DNA of 64,000 bases from Bacteroidota bacterium. GTDB taxonomy: Bacteria; Bacteroidota; Ignavibacteria; Kapaibacteriales; UBA2268. The DNA lies in NCBI GenBank assembly GCA_048267165.1, contig JBLWYD010000012.1:18466-82465 (forward strand), in the 5' to 3' direction. The number at the start of each line of letters is the position of its first letter. Position 1 is the stretch's first letter. The notes beneath the pieces are model-generated. The model searched no databases and was not told where the DNA came from. It saw nothing but the letters and a program-made list of their open reading frames with translations. The position numbers and the translations under genes were made by a program. Below are positions 49,779 to 61,100 of the stretch, piece by piece.

Positions 49779-50192
49779 TTACTTAATCTGGCGGAAATCC
49801 ATAACGTACCACATAGAATCTAGCTGACGCATAGAGAAAGCAAATTCTTTTACATAGTCGAATTCGAGTTTCACATTGTGCAACTCTAAGGAAATTGTAT
49901 CGGCAATAATTCTTGTTACTTTTCTTTCATTTAGAATTCTAGTTAATCTTGCAAGATTGTAATATTGCTCTTGTTGTTTATTAGCACTGTATCTACCCTC
50001 ATTATCAGAAAGTAATTGAGCTGCACCGGGTACATTTTCTAGTTGTAACTCTGTAGTGAAAAGTAGTGCACCACCAATAGCTGATTCTTGGGTAATGTCA
50101 TTTACTTCTTTTGGAGGTCTATTATTACCAATTACGAATAGTTCGCAAGAAGTCAAGAACAGTACTAGTATAATTGTGCTGATTATTCGCAT
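49779..50192 (-). CDS. Hypothetical lipoprotein
   Basis: Lipobox LTSC; coupled to upstream gene. Confidence 0.7.
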   Translation of the reverse strand: MRIISTIILVLFLTSCELFVIGNNRPPKEVNDITQESAIGGALLFTTELQLENVPGAAQLLSDNEGRYSANKQQEQYYNLARLTRILNERKVTRIIADTISLELHNVKLEFDYVKEFAFSMRQLDSMWYVMDFRQIK

Positions 50193-51016
50193 TATTTTCT
50201 TAGGAATTCAATAGTTGAGTTAATAGCTTGATCTAATATTTCATTAGTTCCAGTAAACGGATGACGACAATTAAAAGTATGATTCGCCTTATTTATTATG
50301 CAAAGTTCGGAATTTTTTGCCGCATTATCGAGCATTTTCGCTTCTTTCATGCTAACAGTAAAATCTTTATCACCGTGGACTATTAATATAGGTAAATCTA
50401 ATTCTGAAATACATTTTTCCAAATCGTATTTTTCTTTGTTTCTGAGCTTATCTTCTAAGTACTCTACATCAAGATAAAGCATTTGACCAGTTATCCGATT
50501 TTCAAACTCAAGTACCCCTTTCGCTCGCCAATCGTCTTTTTGTCTTTGAGTGTTCCTATCTATATCACCGATTGAGCCCCAAGTTACGACCTTGCTTATA
50601 TCATTTCTTTGTGATGCTGTGATAACAGAAACCGCTCCACCTAGTGAGTGACCGAGTAGAAATACTTCGCCATTCCACCTTTCAATAGAGTTTTCATCTA
50701 AGAGAGATTTCAGATTATCAATCACTGTATTCAAGTCATTTATTTCTTGAGTTACCGTAATTGATCTGAATTTATCAGCATCGAATATTCCTTTTTCGGC
50801 ATCAACAACCCCATTCAGAGAGAAATCGATATTGACGACTATCATACCCGATTGTGCGTATTGCTCTGCCATATAAGGGAAGAATCCCCATTCGCGATAT
50901 GCCTTGAATCCGTGTGTTATAATAAGAATAGGTTGCGAAGTAGCGACGGCGCTATATATATCACCGTTAACTACTAAACCATCTCCAACTTGCAATGCAA
51001 ATGTTTTCTTGTTCAT
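50192..51016 (-). CDS. Alpha/beta hydrolase
   Basis: HGFK....WG.F, GHSLGG, HG.KD.TV, ANHTF. Confidence 0.9.
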   Translation of the reverse strand: MNKKTFALQVGDGLVVNGDIYSAVATSQPILIITHGFKAYREWGFFPYMAEQYAQSGMIVVNIDFSLNGVVDAEKGIFDADKFRSITVTQEINDLNTVIDNLKSLLDENSIERWNGEVFLLGHSLGGAVSVITASQRNDISKVVTWGSIGDIDRNTQRQKDDWRAKGVLEFENRITGQMLYLDVEYLEDKLRNKEKYDLEKCISELDLPILIVHGDKDFTVSMKEAKMLDNAAKNSELCIINKANHTFNCRHPFTGTNEILDQAINSTIEFLRK

Positions 51017-52434
51017 TATTCCTGAGTCAGGTTTCTGATTGTTTGCTCTAGCAAGTTTATATACTCGTTTAGGTCTGTGAAATCACTTTCTGTCCATTCT
51101 CTTTTGGCAGGAGGATAGCTACGAAGTTTGTTCCAAACTCTAACGTACTTTTTGTTTTTACTGATAACTGGATTTGTATCTCTAGCGTCTAATTCTTTCG
51201 CTTCTGCATTCAAAGATTTGAATGATTCAACATTTCTGAAATTCTCTACTATTAGCGGGTCATTCGAGTTGATAATCAAGTGTTTCTTATGTACTTTTTC
51301 TGTATTATCTAGATAGAATATAGCTGATGAATTAGCGACTTTTTCATCAAGTTCCCCTACCATTTTCTTTGCTCCTTCTAGATTTGGCTCATCACCACTT
51401 AGTGCTGCAAATACTATATTCACTGGTGCTGGGTTCTCTTTGAATCTTCTTGCTAACTCCATAACGGCTGCAATACCCGATATATTATTACCAGATTCGT
51501 AGTAGAATTTATTTTGTTTCTTTATATAGTCTTCTATTTTTTTGTCAGATAATGCTTCGTCATAAGGAAATGCTATTATTACATTTCTGTTTTCGTCCTC
51601 ACCTTCTATCATCCCATATACATTCGAGTATTTAATAGCTTTAGCTTCTAATTGCAAATTCATATCAACTTTTACATTAGAAAGTATAAAACTATTTGGT
51701 TTTTTAGTTTCTCTAATAGCTCTTTCTTTGTCAATCAGAGCAACTTTCTTATTGAAGTATCTCTCTAGAGAACCTCTATTAGCTTGAAGAGCTATAATAC
51801 CAGAGTTGAATTTATCTACTATTACTGGTTCGAATACATTTGCTGAATCGCCCATTGCTTTGATGAATAAAGCACCAATCGCTCCATTTTTCTGAGCATT
51901 TTTTACTTTATATTCGTAGCTACTGAATAATTGGAATTTTTCTGATATTGCTCCATCTGGTGAATCAGTAAGAATTATTACTACTTTACCTTTAACATCC
52001 ATTCTAGAATAGTCATCATAATCGGGTGCCGTTATCCCATATCCAACAAAAGCTAATTCAGCTTCAGAGATATTACCATCAGAAGTAAACCCAAGAGGAA
52101 GCCAATCTTTTTCGAATTCCCATTTCTGAATACTTGGCTTTATTCTATCCATTGGGATACCCATACGAGGTACTATAACGCTGAATGAAACACTATTATC
52201 GCCAAAGCTAAGACCACTCTCCACCTCAAATTCGTCAGTGTAGCCGTCTGTCAGCTCTTCTAATCCGAGAGATTTGTACTGATTTACTAAGTAATCCTTA
52301 GTATTAGTGAGAGCAGGCTCGCCACTAATTCTATTATAAATCTCATCTTTATTGAGAGATTCTATATCACTATTTATATCCTGACCGAACATAGAAGTAG
52401 TTGATAATATTAAACAAAAGATAAATATTCTCAT
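51016..52434 (-). CDS. PA-domain M28 peptidase homologue with degenerate zinc site
   Basis: Signal peptide from ATG 52434; PA domain 'FVGYGITAPDYDDY..MDVKGK.V'; 'NV.G.IEG'; zinc ligands substituted. Confidence 0.78.
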   Translation of the reverse strand: MRIFIFCLILSTTSMFGQDINSDIESLNKDEIYNRISGEPALTNTKDYLVNQYKSLGLEELTDGYTDEFEVESGLSFGDNSVSFSVIVPRMGIPMDRIKPSIQKWEFEKDWLPLGFTSDGNISEAELAFVGYGITAPDYDDYSRMDVKGKVVIILTDSPDGAISEKFQLFSSYEYKVKNAQKNGAIGALFIKAMGDSANVFEPVIVDKFNSGIIALQANRGSLERYFNKKVALIDKERAIRETKKPNSFILSNVKVDMNLQLEAKAIKYSNVYGMIEGEDENRNVIIAFPYDEALSDKKIEDYIKKQNKFYYESGNNISGIAAVMELARRFKENPAPVNIVFAALSGDEPNLEGAKKMVGELDEKVANSSAIFYLDNTEKVHKKHLIINSNDPLIVENFRNVESFKSLNAEAKELDARDTNPVISKNKKYVRVWNKLRSYPPAKREWTESDFTDLNEYINLLEQTIRNLTQE

Positions 52435-52567
52435 GGTTCTTTTTATTTTAGTTCTTAATGAATACAAAAATAATAAATATTTATGTGCTATATAAGTATT
52501 ACTATTTTATAATTATTCATTAATTTATTAATTTAAAGAAATATTAACTAACTAAATAGATTATATT

Positions 52568-54130
52568 ATGGAAAATAACAGAGAAATCGAACGAAAGATT
52601 GAGCTGCTCCAAAAGAAAAAGGACGAAGCCCAACAGGGTGGCGGTAAAGATAGAATAGAAGCACAGCACAAAAGAGGCAAACTAACAGCCAGAGAGAGAC
52701 TAGATTTACTACTGGATAAAGGTAGTTTCACCGAAATGGATATGCTAGCTCATCACCACTCAACTGCTTTCGGATTAGACAAAACTGTTGTTCTAGGAGA
52801 TGGAGTAGTAACAGGTTATGGTAATGTTAATAGTAAAAGTATTTTCACATTCTCACAGGACTTCACAGTACTTGGTGGTTCATTAGCTGAGCAACACGGT
52901 AGAAAAATAGTGAAAATAATGGAAATGGCATTGAAAAATGGAATGCCAGTCATCGGTTTGAACGATTCGGGTGGAGCTCGTGTACAAGAGGGAGTTATCT
53001 CGCTTGGTGCTTATGCAGATATTTTCTTACAAAATACAATCGCTTCGGGAGTAATCCCACAAATCTCTGTTATTATGGGTCCTTGTGCCGGTGGAGCAGT
53101 TTATTCTCCAGCTATAACAGACTTCGTTATTATGGTCAAAGATACATCATATATGTTTGTAACTGGCCCCAAAGTAGTGAAGACAGTAACTCACGAAGAT
53201 TTGACACCTGAGAATTTAGGTGGCGCTTCTATTCACAGCACTAAAAGTGGGGTTGCTCACTTCGTCGCTGACAATGATTTAGAAGCAATCGAAATAGTAA
53301 AAAATCTATTAGAATATATACCTAGTAATAATGCAGAAGCTGCCCCTTTCAAAGAGACAGCCGACCCAATCGATAGAGAAAGTCCAGATCTGAACTATAT
53401 AGTACCTGCAAATCCGAATCAACCTTATGATATCAAAAATGTTATAAGAGAAGTCGCAGATGATGGTGAATTCCTAGAAGTTCATCAAGACTATGCAGAA
53501 AATATAGTAGTAGGTTTCATTCACTTAGGTGGCATGTCTATAGGCGTTGTGGCTAATCAGCCAATGGTATTAGCGGGAGTTCTAGACAATGAAGCTTCTC
53601 GTAAGGCAGCTAGATTCATCAGATTTTGCGATGCATTCAATATCCCATTATTAACATTCGAAGATGTACCAGGATTCATGCCTGGTAGAGAGCAGGAATG
53701 GGGCGGAATTATATCTAATGGAGCAAAATTACTTTACGCATACTGCGAAGCGACAGTACCGAAAATCACTGTAATAACAAGAAAAGCTTATGGCGGTGCT
53801 TACGACGTAATGAGTAGCAAGCATATCAGAGGTGATTTCAACTTTGCTTGGCCTACAGCAGAGATTGCAGTTATGGGTGCAAAAGGTGCAATTGAGATTA
53901 TATTCAAGAAGCAAGTCGATGAAGCCGATAACAAAGCTGAGAAGATGATTGAGTTAGAAGATGAGTATAATGAAAAGTTTGCTAATCCATATATAGCAGC
54001 TTCTTACGGCTATATCGATGATATTTTCGAGCCCAAATTTACTAGACAACGATTAATTGATTCATTCAATTTATTGAAAAACAAAGTGGATAAGAATCCA
54101 CCGAAGAAACATGGTAATATACCTTTATAG
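52568..54130 (+). CDS. pccB: Acyl-CoA (propionyl-CoA) carboxylase carboxyltransferase beta subunit
   Basis: GKLTARER, QDFTV.GGSL, DSGGARVQEG, GPCAGGAVYSPA.TD, DVPGF.PG, RKAYGGAY, KKHGNIPL. Confidence 0.93.
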   Translation: MENNREIERKIELLQKKKDEAQQGGGKDRIEAQHKRGKLTARERLDLLLDKGSFTEMDMLAHHHSTAFGLDKTVVLGDGVVTGYGNVNSKSIFTFSQDFTVLGGSLAEQHGRKIVKIMEMALKNGMPVIGLNDSGGARVQEGVISLGAYADIFLQNTIASGVIPQISVIMGPCAGGAVYSPAITDFVIMVKDTSYMFVTGPKVVKTVTHEDLTPENLGGASIHSTKSGVAHFVADNDLEAIEIVKNLLEYIPSNNAEAAPFKETADPIDRESPDLNYIVPANPNQPYDIKNVIREVADDGEFLEVHQDYAENIVVGFIHLGGMSIGVVANQPMVLAGVLDNEASRKAARFIRFCDAFNIPLLTFEDVPGFMPGREQEWGGIISNGAKLLYAYCEATVPKITVITRKAYGGAYDVMSSKHIRGDFNFAWPTAEIAVMGAKGAIEIIFKKQVDEADNKAEKMIELEDEYNEKFANPYIAASYGYIDDIFEPKFTRQRLIDSFNLLKNKVDKNPPKKHGNIPL

Positions 54131-55064
54131 AATAATAGTTCTATTAATCTTGGCTTTATTGACTTCGTGTATAGAAGACCCAGTAAAGACAAGTATTGAT
54201 GATAATTACATTTCGTCCATTGCAAAGTCGGATTCATATCTTTTTGCGTCTGCTAGCAATGGACAAATTTTCAGGTCTTCCGATGGTGAAGACTGGAATG
54301 CTTTAGTACTTAATAACAGCATTTTGCTACTAGATATAGAAGCAACACCAGACGGTAGATTAGTAGCCAGCGGTGAAAATGGAGTTATTTTCGTAAGCAA
54401 TAATAATGGTGAGAACTGGAGCAAAAAAGCGACAGGAGTCTCATCATTCCTCAAAGACTTGGTAATCTATAATGATAGCACTTACTATGCCGGTGGCCGC
54501 TCTGGCACATTAATCAGAAGCACCGACTTCGGAGCAACTTGGGTAACTATACCCACACCATTCTCCACACAAATCTCAAAACTTTCCCTTATCAACAACA
54601 AGATTTACATCGGTTTAAGAACTAATACTGAAGGTTCCCCCCTACTTTACGAATACAGCATTGATGCAGATACAGTTACAAGTATAGATATAGAAATCAG
54701 CTCTTTCATTACCGACATAGCAGAAATCAATAGTGAGATTTATTTCACTGATTATTCTGGATGCTATAAGCTAATAGAAAATGCGGGTTACAGTAAAGAA
54801 TTAGTCTATAGTACTAGCAATGGATTCATCGCTCAGAAAATATTGGGCTATGGCGGTGAAATAGCATTAGTAGGACATAGCGGGTTTAACTTAGGTAAAG
54901 TAATAACTGGAATACCGAGTAATCCTCAAATAAAAGAATTCGAAGAAAGCATTTATTTTAATTCAGGCATAATTTTTTCTAATAAGTTAATTGCGTGCGG
55001 TGGCGACGAATTTGAGCTAGCTGTATTACAGAACTCAAATTGGAATATCATCAAGTTAAAATAG
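54111..55064 (+). CDS. YCF48/BNR (Asp-box) beta-propeller lipoprotein
   Basis: Lipobox LTSC; Asp-boxes SSDGEDW, SNNNGENW, STDFGATW. Confidence 0.8.
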   Translation: MVIYLYRIIVLLILALLTSCIEDPVKTSIDDNYISSIAKSDSYLFASASNGQIFRSSDGEDWNALVLNNSILLLDIEATPDGRLVASGENGVIFVSNNNGENWSKKATGVSSFLKDLVIYNDSTYYAGGRSGTLIRSTDFGATWVTIPTPFSTQISKLSLINNKIYIGLRTNTEGSPLLYEYSIDADTVTSIDIEISSFITDIAEINSEIYFTDYSGCYKLIENAGYSKELVYSTSNGFIAQKILGYGGEIALVGHSGFNLGKVITGIPSNPQIKEFEESIYFNSGIIFSNKLIACGGDEFELAVLQNSNWNIIKLK

Positions 55065-55108
55065 AGTTTAAAACAAGAAATAAAACAAAAATACTTCCGG
55101 AGTTTATT

Positions 55109-58100
55109 ATGAAACGAATAGCAATGCTTTGTGCAAGCATATTACTATTAGTATCATCTACCCTAATAGGGCAAATACCTAATAAAATTTCCTACCAAGG
55201 ATTACTCACAAACACAGCCCTAAAACCATTGGCTGACGGCGACTATAACATCGAGTTTAGGATGTATAGTGATGAAAGCAGTGGGCAGATTCTTTGGAAT
55301 GAGAAGCAAAGGCTAACTCTACAGAATGGAGTATTCAACGCTGTTTTGGGTGATGTAAACCCCATAAGCCTGAAGTTTAATCAACGTTATTGGCTTGGGA
55401 TAAAGTTAGAAAATGAGACCGAAATGACCCCGAGAATACCGATGGTGTCGGTACCCTATTCATTCTATGCTGGTTTGTCGGAAGGACTAGCTGAAGATGC
55501 GACGGGTGCTGTTTTATCTCTTAACGGTTTGGAGGGAGACGTCGAAATAGAAGGTGATAATGGAGTTACTGTTAGCAAAAGCGGTAATAAACTATTAATC
55601 AGCAATAAAGTAAGTGCTATTGAGACAATTGTATCTTCAAAAGCACAGCTAACAATAGATTTAAACGGAACTGAAGTTGACATAAACATTGCCCCAAAAA
55701 GTATATCTGACGAAGAAATATCGGACGTAAATTGGGAAACAATTACAGGAAAGCCAAACCTTTTTCAACCGGGTGGTTCAGCTGGTGGTGATTTGGTTGG
55801 TGATTATCCGAACCCTACTCTTTCGAGTAAAGGTGCTTCAACTGGTCAAGTATTAAAATGGAATGGAACGCAATGGGTAGCTGATGATGATATGGTTGGC
55901 AGCTTCGAGTTCACCGTTAACAGTCCACTAACAGGCGACGGCACCAAGATTAATCCGCTTTCAATAAACAAATCTTCGTCAAGCATAGATGGATATTTAA
56001 CTTCAAATGATTGGACAATCTTTAATAACAAGCTAGACAAAGTAACTACAGACGCTATAATACTAGGCGACGGTACAGTAACAAATCCACTTTCAATGGC
56101 GAAAGCGAATAGTAACAATAGTGGTTATTTGGATTCAGATGATTGGAAAAGATTTGATAGTAAGTTAGATGATATAATAACTACTGGTGCTATAATAGGT
56201 AAGGGAACAACCGCAAACCCACTGAGAATGAACAAAGCTACCAACTCGAATGATGGGTATTTGACATTCTCTGATTGGAATACATTTAATAGCAAATTAT
56301 CGACTGTTAATAGCGAACTTCCAATAATTGGAGACGGTTCAATAACTAAACCATTAACTATGGCAAAAGCTTCAGCAACTAAAGACGGTTACCTGTCGGC
56401 AACAGATTGGACGAAGTTCAATGCACCCAACACAGTGAGTGTAAATACACCACTAGTCGGTGACGGTAGCAGTGGAAACCCAATTACTCTTGGCAAAGCT
56501 AATGGAACTACAAGCGGCTTTTTGTCTTCTGCCGACTGGACGAAATTTAATAGTAAACTAGGGATATTAGTAAGTAACACTCCCCTTTCAGGCGAGGGTA
56601 CGTCAGCATCTCCATTGATGATTAGTCAAGCGAATAGCACGGCGAATGGATATTTAAGTTCTGGCGATTGGAATACGTTCAATAACAAATTATCGACTGT
56701 AGGTGTGAATGCTCCAATATCAGGATCAGGCACGAATCTTGATCCATTGACATTGGTAAGATCAAACGCATCAGTTGACGGTTATCTTGGTGCAACAGAC
56801 TGGGTAAAATTCGATAGTAAACTAGATGCAGTTGTGGCAACAGCACCTATAAATGGTCAGGGAACTACAGCTAGCCCTCTAACTTTATCACAAGCAAATT
56901 CCTCAACAGACGGATATTTATCTTCAGCAGATTGGACGAAATTCAATACTGCTGCAACAGTTTCCGTGTCTGCCCCAATAACTGGTGATGGCACTAGTGG
57001 CAGCCCACTTGCAATGTCATCAGCAAACACTACAGTTGATGGGTATTTGACATCTACAGACTGGAATTCATTTAATAATAAACTAAGCTTAGTCTCAGTT
57101 AATGGCCCACTAGTTGGGGACGGAACAAGTGCATCACCAATCACATTAGGAAGAGCTGATGCAACAACAAACGGATTCTTAGCTTCTTCTGATTGGAATA
57201 CATTTAATAATAAGCTAACTAACGTCTCTGCGAACGCACCGATGACTGGTAACGGTACGTCGGGGAATCCTCTTGTTCTTGTACAAGCGAACGGCACTAA
57301 CGACGGTTATCTTAGCTCAGCTGATTGGACGAAGTTCAACAACTCAGGAACAATCACAGCTTCTGCCCCACTTTCGGGGGATGGCTCAACTGGTAACCCA
57401 CTTGTAATAGCAATGGCTAATACAACAAACGATGGGTATTTAACTTCGACAGATTGGAATACGTTTAATAATAAGCTAACTAATGTCTCTGCATCTGCAC
57501 CAATGACTGGAAACGGGACTTCGGGTAATCCTCTAGTTCTTGCACAAGCGAACGGCTCTAACGACGGTTATCTTAGCTCTGCTGATTGGACGAAATTCAA
57601 TAATTCTGGGACTATCACAGCTTCTGCCCCACTTTCGGGTGATGGCTCGACTGGTGACCCACTTGTAATAGCGACTGCTAATACTACTACTGATGGATAT
57701 TTAACGGCTACTGATTGGAATTCATTTAACAATAAGCTAGGTTTAGTTTCTGTTAATGGCCCACTAGTTGGAGACGGAACAAGTTCATCACCAATCACAT
57801 TAGGAAGAGCTGATGCAACAACAAACGGATTCTTAGCTTCTTCAGATTGGAACACATTCAACAATAAGCTAACTAACGTCTCTGCATCTGCACCTATGAC
57901 TGGTAACGGGACTTCAGGGAATCCTTTAGCATTAGCACAAGCGAACGGTAGCAATGACGGTTATCTTAGCTCGGCTGATTGGACGAAGTTCAACAACTCT
58001 GGTACTATCACGGCTTCGGCTCCACTTTCGGGGGATGGCTCAACTGGTAGCCCACTTGTAATAGCGACTGCTACTACTACTGCTGATGGATATTTAACAT

Positions 58101-61100
58101 CTACCGATTGGAACACATTCAATAATAAGCTAACAAGCGTCTCTGCATCTGCACCTATGACTGGAAACGGGACTTCGGGTAATCCTCTTGTTCTTGCACA
58201 AGCAAACGCTAGTACGAACGGTTATCTTAGCTCAGCTGATTGGACGAAGTTCAACAACTCTGGTACTATCACGGCTTCTGCTCCACTATCGGGTGATGGC
58301 TCGACTGGTAGCCCACTTGTAATAGCAACGGCTAATACAACAAACGATGGATATTTAACTTCGACAGATTGGAATACATTTAATAATAAGCTAACTAACG
58401 TCTCTGCAAACGCTCCGATGACTGGAAACGGTACTTCAGGCAACCCTCTTGTTCTTGCACAAGCGAACGGCTCTAACGACGGTTATCTTAGCTCAGCCGA
58501 TTGGACGAAGTTCAATAACTCTGGGACTATCACAGCTTCGGCTCCACTTTCGGGGGATGGCTCAACTGGTAGCCCACTTGTAATAGCAACAGCTAATACA
58601 ACAAACGATGGGTATTTAACTTCGACAGATTGGAATACATTTAACAGTAAGCTTGATGATGTTGCTGTTGACGGCACTAGCGTTATAACTGGGGACGGTA
58701 CTGTTGCTACTCCACTTACAATCGATTCAGCTACCTCGGCTCGTTCAGGGTATTTAACTTCGTATGACTGGGATAGATTTAACACTATGGCTTCTTCGAC
58801 AGTAACGGTTAGCTCACCACTATCAGGAATCGGAACTTCTGGTGATCCAATCGCTATTGCAACGGCTAATACAACAAACGATGGATACTTAACAGCTACT
58901 GATTGGAACACATTTAACAGTAAGCTTGATGATGTTGCTGTTGACGGCACTAGCGTTATTACTGGGGACGGTACTGTTGCTACTCCACTTACAATCGATT
59001 CAGCTACCTCGGCTCGTTCAGGGTATTTAACTTCTTACGATTGGGATAGATTTAACACGATGGCTTCTTCGACTGTTACAGTTAGCTCACCGCTATCGGG
59101 AATCGGAACATCTGGTGATCCAATCGCTATCGCAACTGCTAATACAACAAACGATGGATATTTAACTTCTTCTGATTGGAACACATTCAACAGTAAGCTA
59201 AGCGATGTCGCTGTTGACGGCACTAGCGTTATAACTGGGGACGGTACTGTTGCTACTCCACTTACAATCGATTCAGCTACCTCGGCTCGTTCAGGGTATT
59301 TAACTTCGTATGACTGGGATAGATTTAACACTATGGCTTCTTCGACAGTAACGGTTAGCTCACCACTATCAGGAATCGGAACTTCTGGTGATCCAATCGC
59401 TATTGCAACGGCTAATACAACAAACGATGGATACTTAACAGCTACTGATTGGAACACATTTAACAGTAAGCTTGATGATGTTGCTGTTGACGGCACTAGC
59501 GTTATTACTGGGGACGGTACTGTTGCTACTCCACTTACAATCGATTCAGCTACCTCGGCTCGTTCAGGGTATTTAACTTCTTACGATTGGGATAGATTTA
59601 ACACTATGGCTTCTTCGACTGTGACTGTTAGCTCACCGCTATCGGGAATCGGAACATCTGGTGATCCAATCGCTATCGCAACTGCTAACACAACAAACGA
59701 TGGATATTTAACTTCTTCTGATTGGAACACGTTCAATAGCAAACTATCGACTGTATCTGTGGAATTGAACAACCCAATAAAAGGTGATGGTACAACGGCT
59801 GATAAACTACGTATGGATTCGGCTACTTCAACTCGCTCGGGTTATTTAACTTTAACTGATTGGAATAAATTTAATAGTAGTTCGATTGATTCAATTAAAG
59901 TTTCTACCCCTTTAACTGGCAATGGTATTACAAATAGTATTTCTATTCCTAAAGCAACTAACTCTGTCCATGGATATCTTAGTTCAGGCGATTGGAATAC
60001 GTTCAACAACAAATTATCCGAAGTTGTTATAGCTAATAATATTCCCCTTTCGGGTAGAGGCTTAAGCGGTGATTCATTGACTATTGCGACTGCAAACACA
60101 ACTACTGACGGATATTTAACTGCAGCTAATTGGAATACATTCAACAACAAACTCTCAAATGTAGCAGTAAATGGGCCTATTACAGGTAATGGAACTATTG
60201 GAAATGAATTAACAATTGGAAGAGCTGATGGTACAACTAATGGCTACTTAGGTTCTACCGATTGGACTACTTTCAATAATAAATTAACTAATATTACTTT
60301 AGCTGGTGGAACACCACTTAGTGGTAGTGGAACGACCGGTAGTCCTTTGACTATTTCGACTGCAAATACAACTACTGACGGATTCTTAACAGCAGCCAAT
60401 TGGAACACATTCAATAGCAAACTTTCGACTGTTAACGCTACTTCTCCTATTACAGGAAATGGAACTTCTGGTAATCCTCTGAAAATGGATTCGGCAACTG
60501 CTTCTAATGGCGGTTATCTTTCTGCTAATGACTGGTCTAGATTCAACAGCAACTCGACTGCAACGGTAATTACAACTTTACCTGTTCGTGGTGATGGTTC
60601 TACAAGTGATAGAATAAGAATGGATCAAGCAAATACAACTACTGATGGTTATTTAACATCTTCAAATTGGAATACATTTAACGGGAAACTTTCATCCGTG
60701 TCTATTGCTACGGGGACTCCTATTACTGGTAATGGTACATCAACTACTCCATTAGTATTAGCAAAATCAAGTGGAAGTGTGAATGGTTATCTGAGTTCGG
60801 GCGATTGGACTACTTTCAACAACAAATTATCAGCTGTAAGCGCTACTGCTCCAATTACTGGCTCTGGTACTTCGGGTAGTCCACTGAAAATGGACTCTGT
60901 TGGTTTTTCCAATCCTGGGTATATGACTACAGATGATTATATAACTTTCTATAGTAAATTGAGTTCAGTTTATACTCAAATCGGAGGTGTTATTACGGGT
61001 AATGGTACTTCGGGTGATAGACTAAAAATTGCCCAAGCTAATGCTACTACAGACGGTTATTTATCTTCTACAGATTGGAATACTTTTAATAACAAACTTT

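Noticed and set aside
57200-59745. Regular repeats as a CRISPR array
   Set aside because: Units are in-frame coding repeats of 261/273 bp with no unique spacers, and there are no cas genes
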